This document shows, in pieces, positions 63,908-64,000 of a DNA stretch of 64,000 nucleotides. Where the stretch lies: the NCBI RefSeq assembly GCF_009914755.1, contig NC_060943.1. The stretch is one strand, 5' to 3'. The translations under genes were made by a program, and so were the position numbers. The notes below the pieces were generated by a model. That model made no database searches and was not told where the DNA came from. It saw only the letters and a program-made list of their open reading frames with translations. Position 1 is the first letter of the stretch. Each line of letters begins with the position of its first letter. The stretch comes from the human T2T-CHM13v2.0 reference genome, Homo sapiens.

Positions 63908-63979
63908 CTTGTCGTAGGTGCCCTTCTTGAGGATCTTCTCAGGCTTGCTGCAGGACTCGGGGCTCCTCCGGCCTGACAC
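63908..63979 (-). CDS. MLLT1: MLLT1 (ENL) coding exon ([24 protein letters not shown])
   Basis: ttccctgcag acceptor; AAG|gtgggg donor; 72 nt. Confidence 0.93.
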
Positions 63980-64000
63980 CTGCAGGGAACCCAGGTCTCT

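Overview
Human (primate) genomic DNA that I recognise as the chr19p13.3 ACSBG2-MLLT1 interval; it is Alu-dense. On the + strand are the last 11 coding exons of ACSBG2 (bubblegum-family acyl-CoA synthetase, 2430-40842, all phases consistent, 567 aa + stop), followed by a non-coding terminal exon. On the - strand are the last three coding exons and the ~2.7 kb 3'UTR of MLLT1 (ENL). Three less obvious structures stand out. (1) A three-piece templated rearrangement sits upstream of one ACSBG2 exon: a complete inverted copy of that exon with intact splice sites and ORF, an inverted microsatellite-flank piece, and a partial direct copy. The inverted copy shares a ~109-nt perfectly identical tract with the real exon. 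(2) Relic exons of a second ACSBG gene (Acsbg3-like pseudogene) lie between ACSBG2 and MLLT1. (3) A CpG island overlaps one dead exon and carries a homotypic array of NRF1-type motifs, suggesting the pseudogene was exapted as an (antisense) promoter. Most ORFs in the supplied track are Alu, L1 or simple-repeat artefacts. Repeat boundaries are approximate and read by eye.
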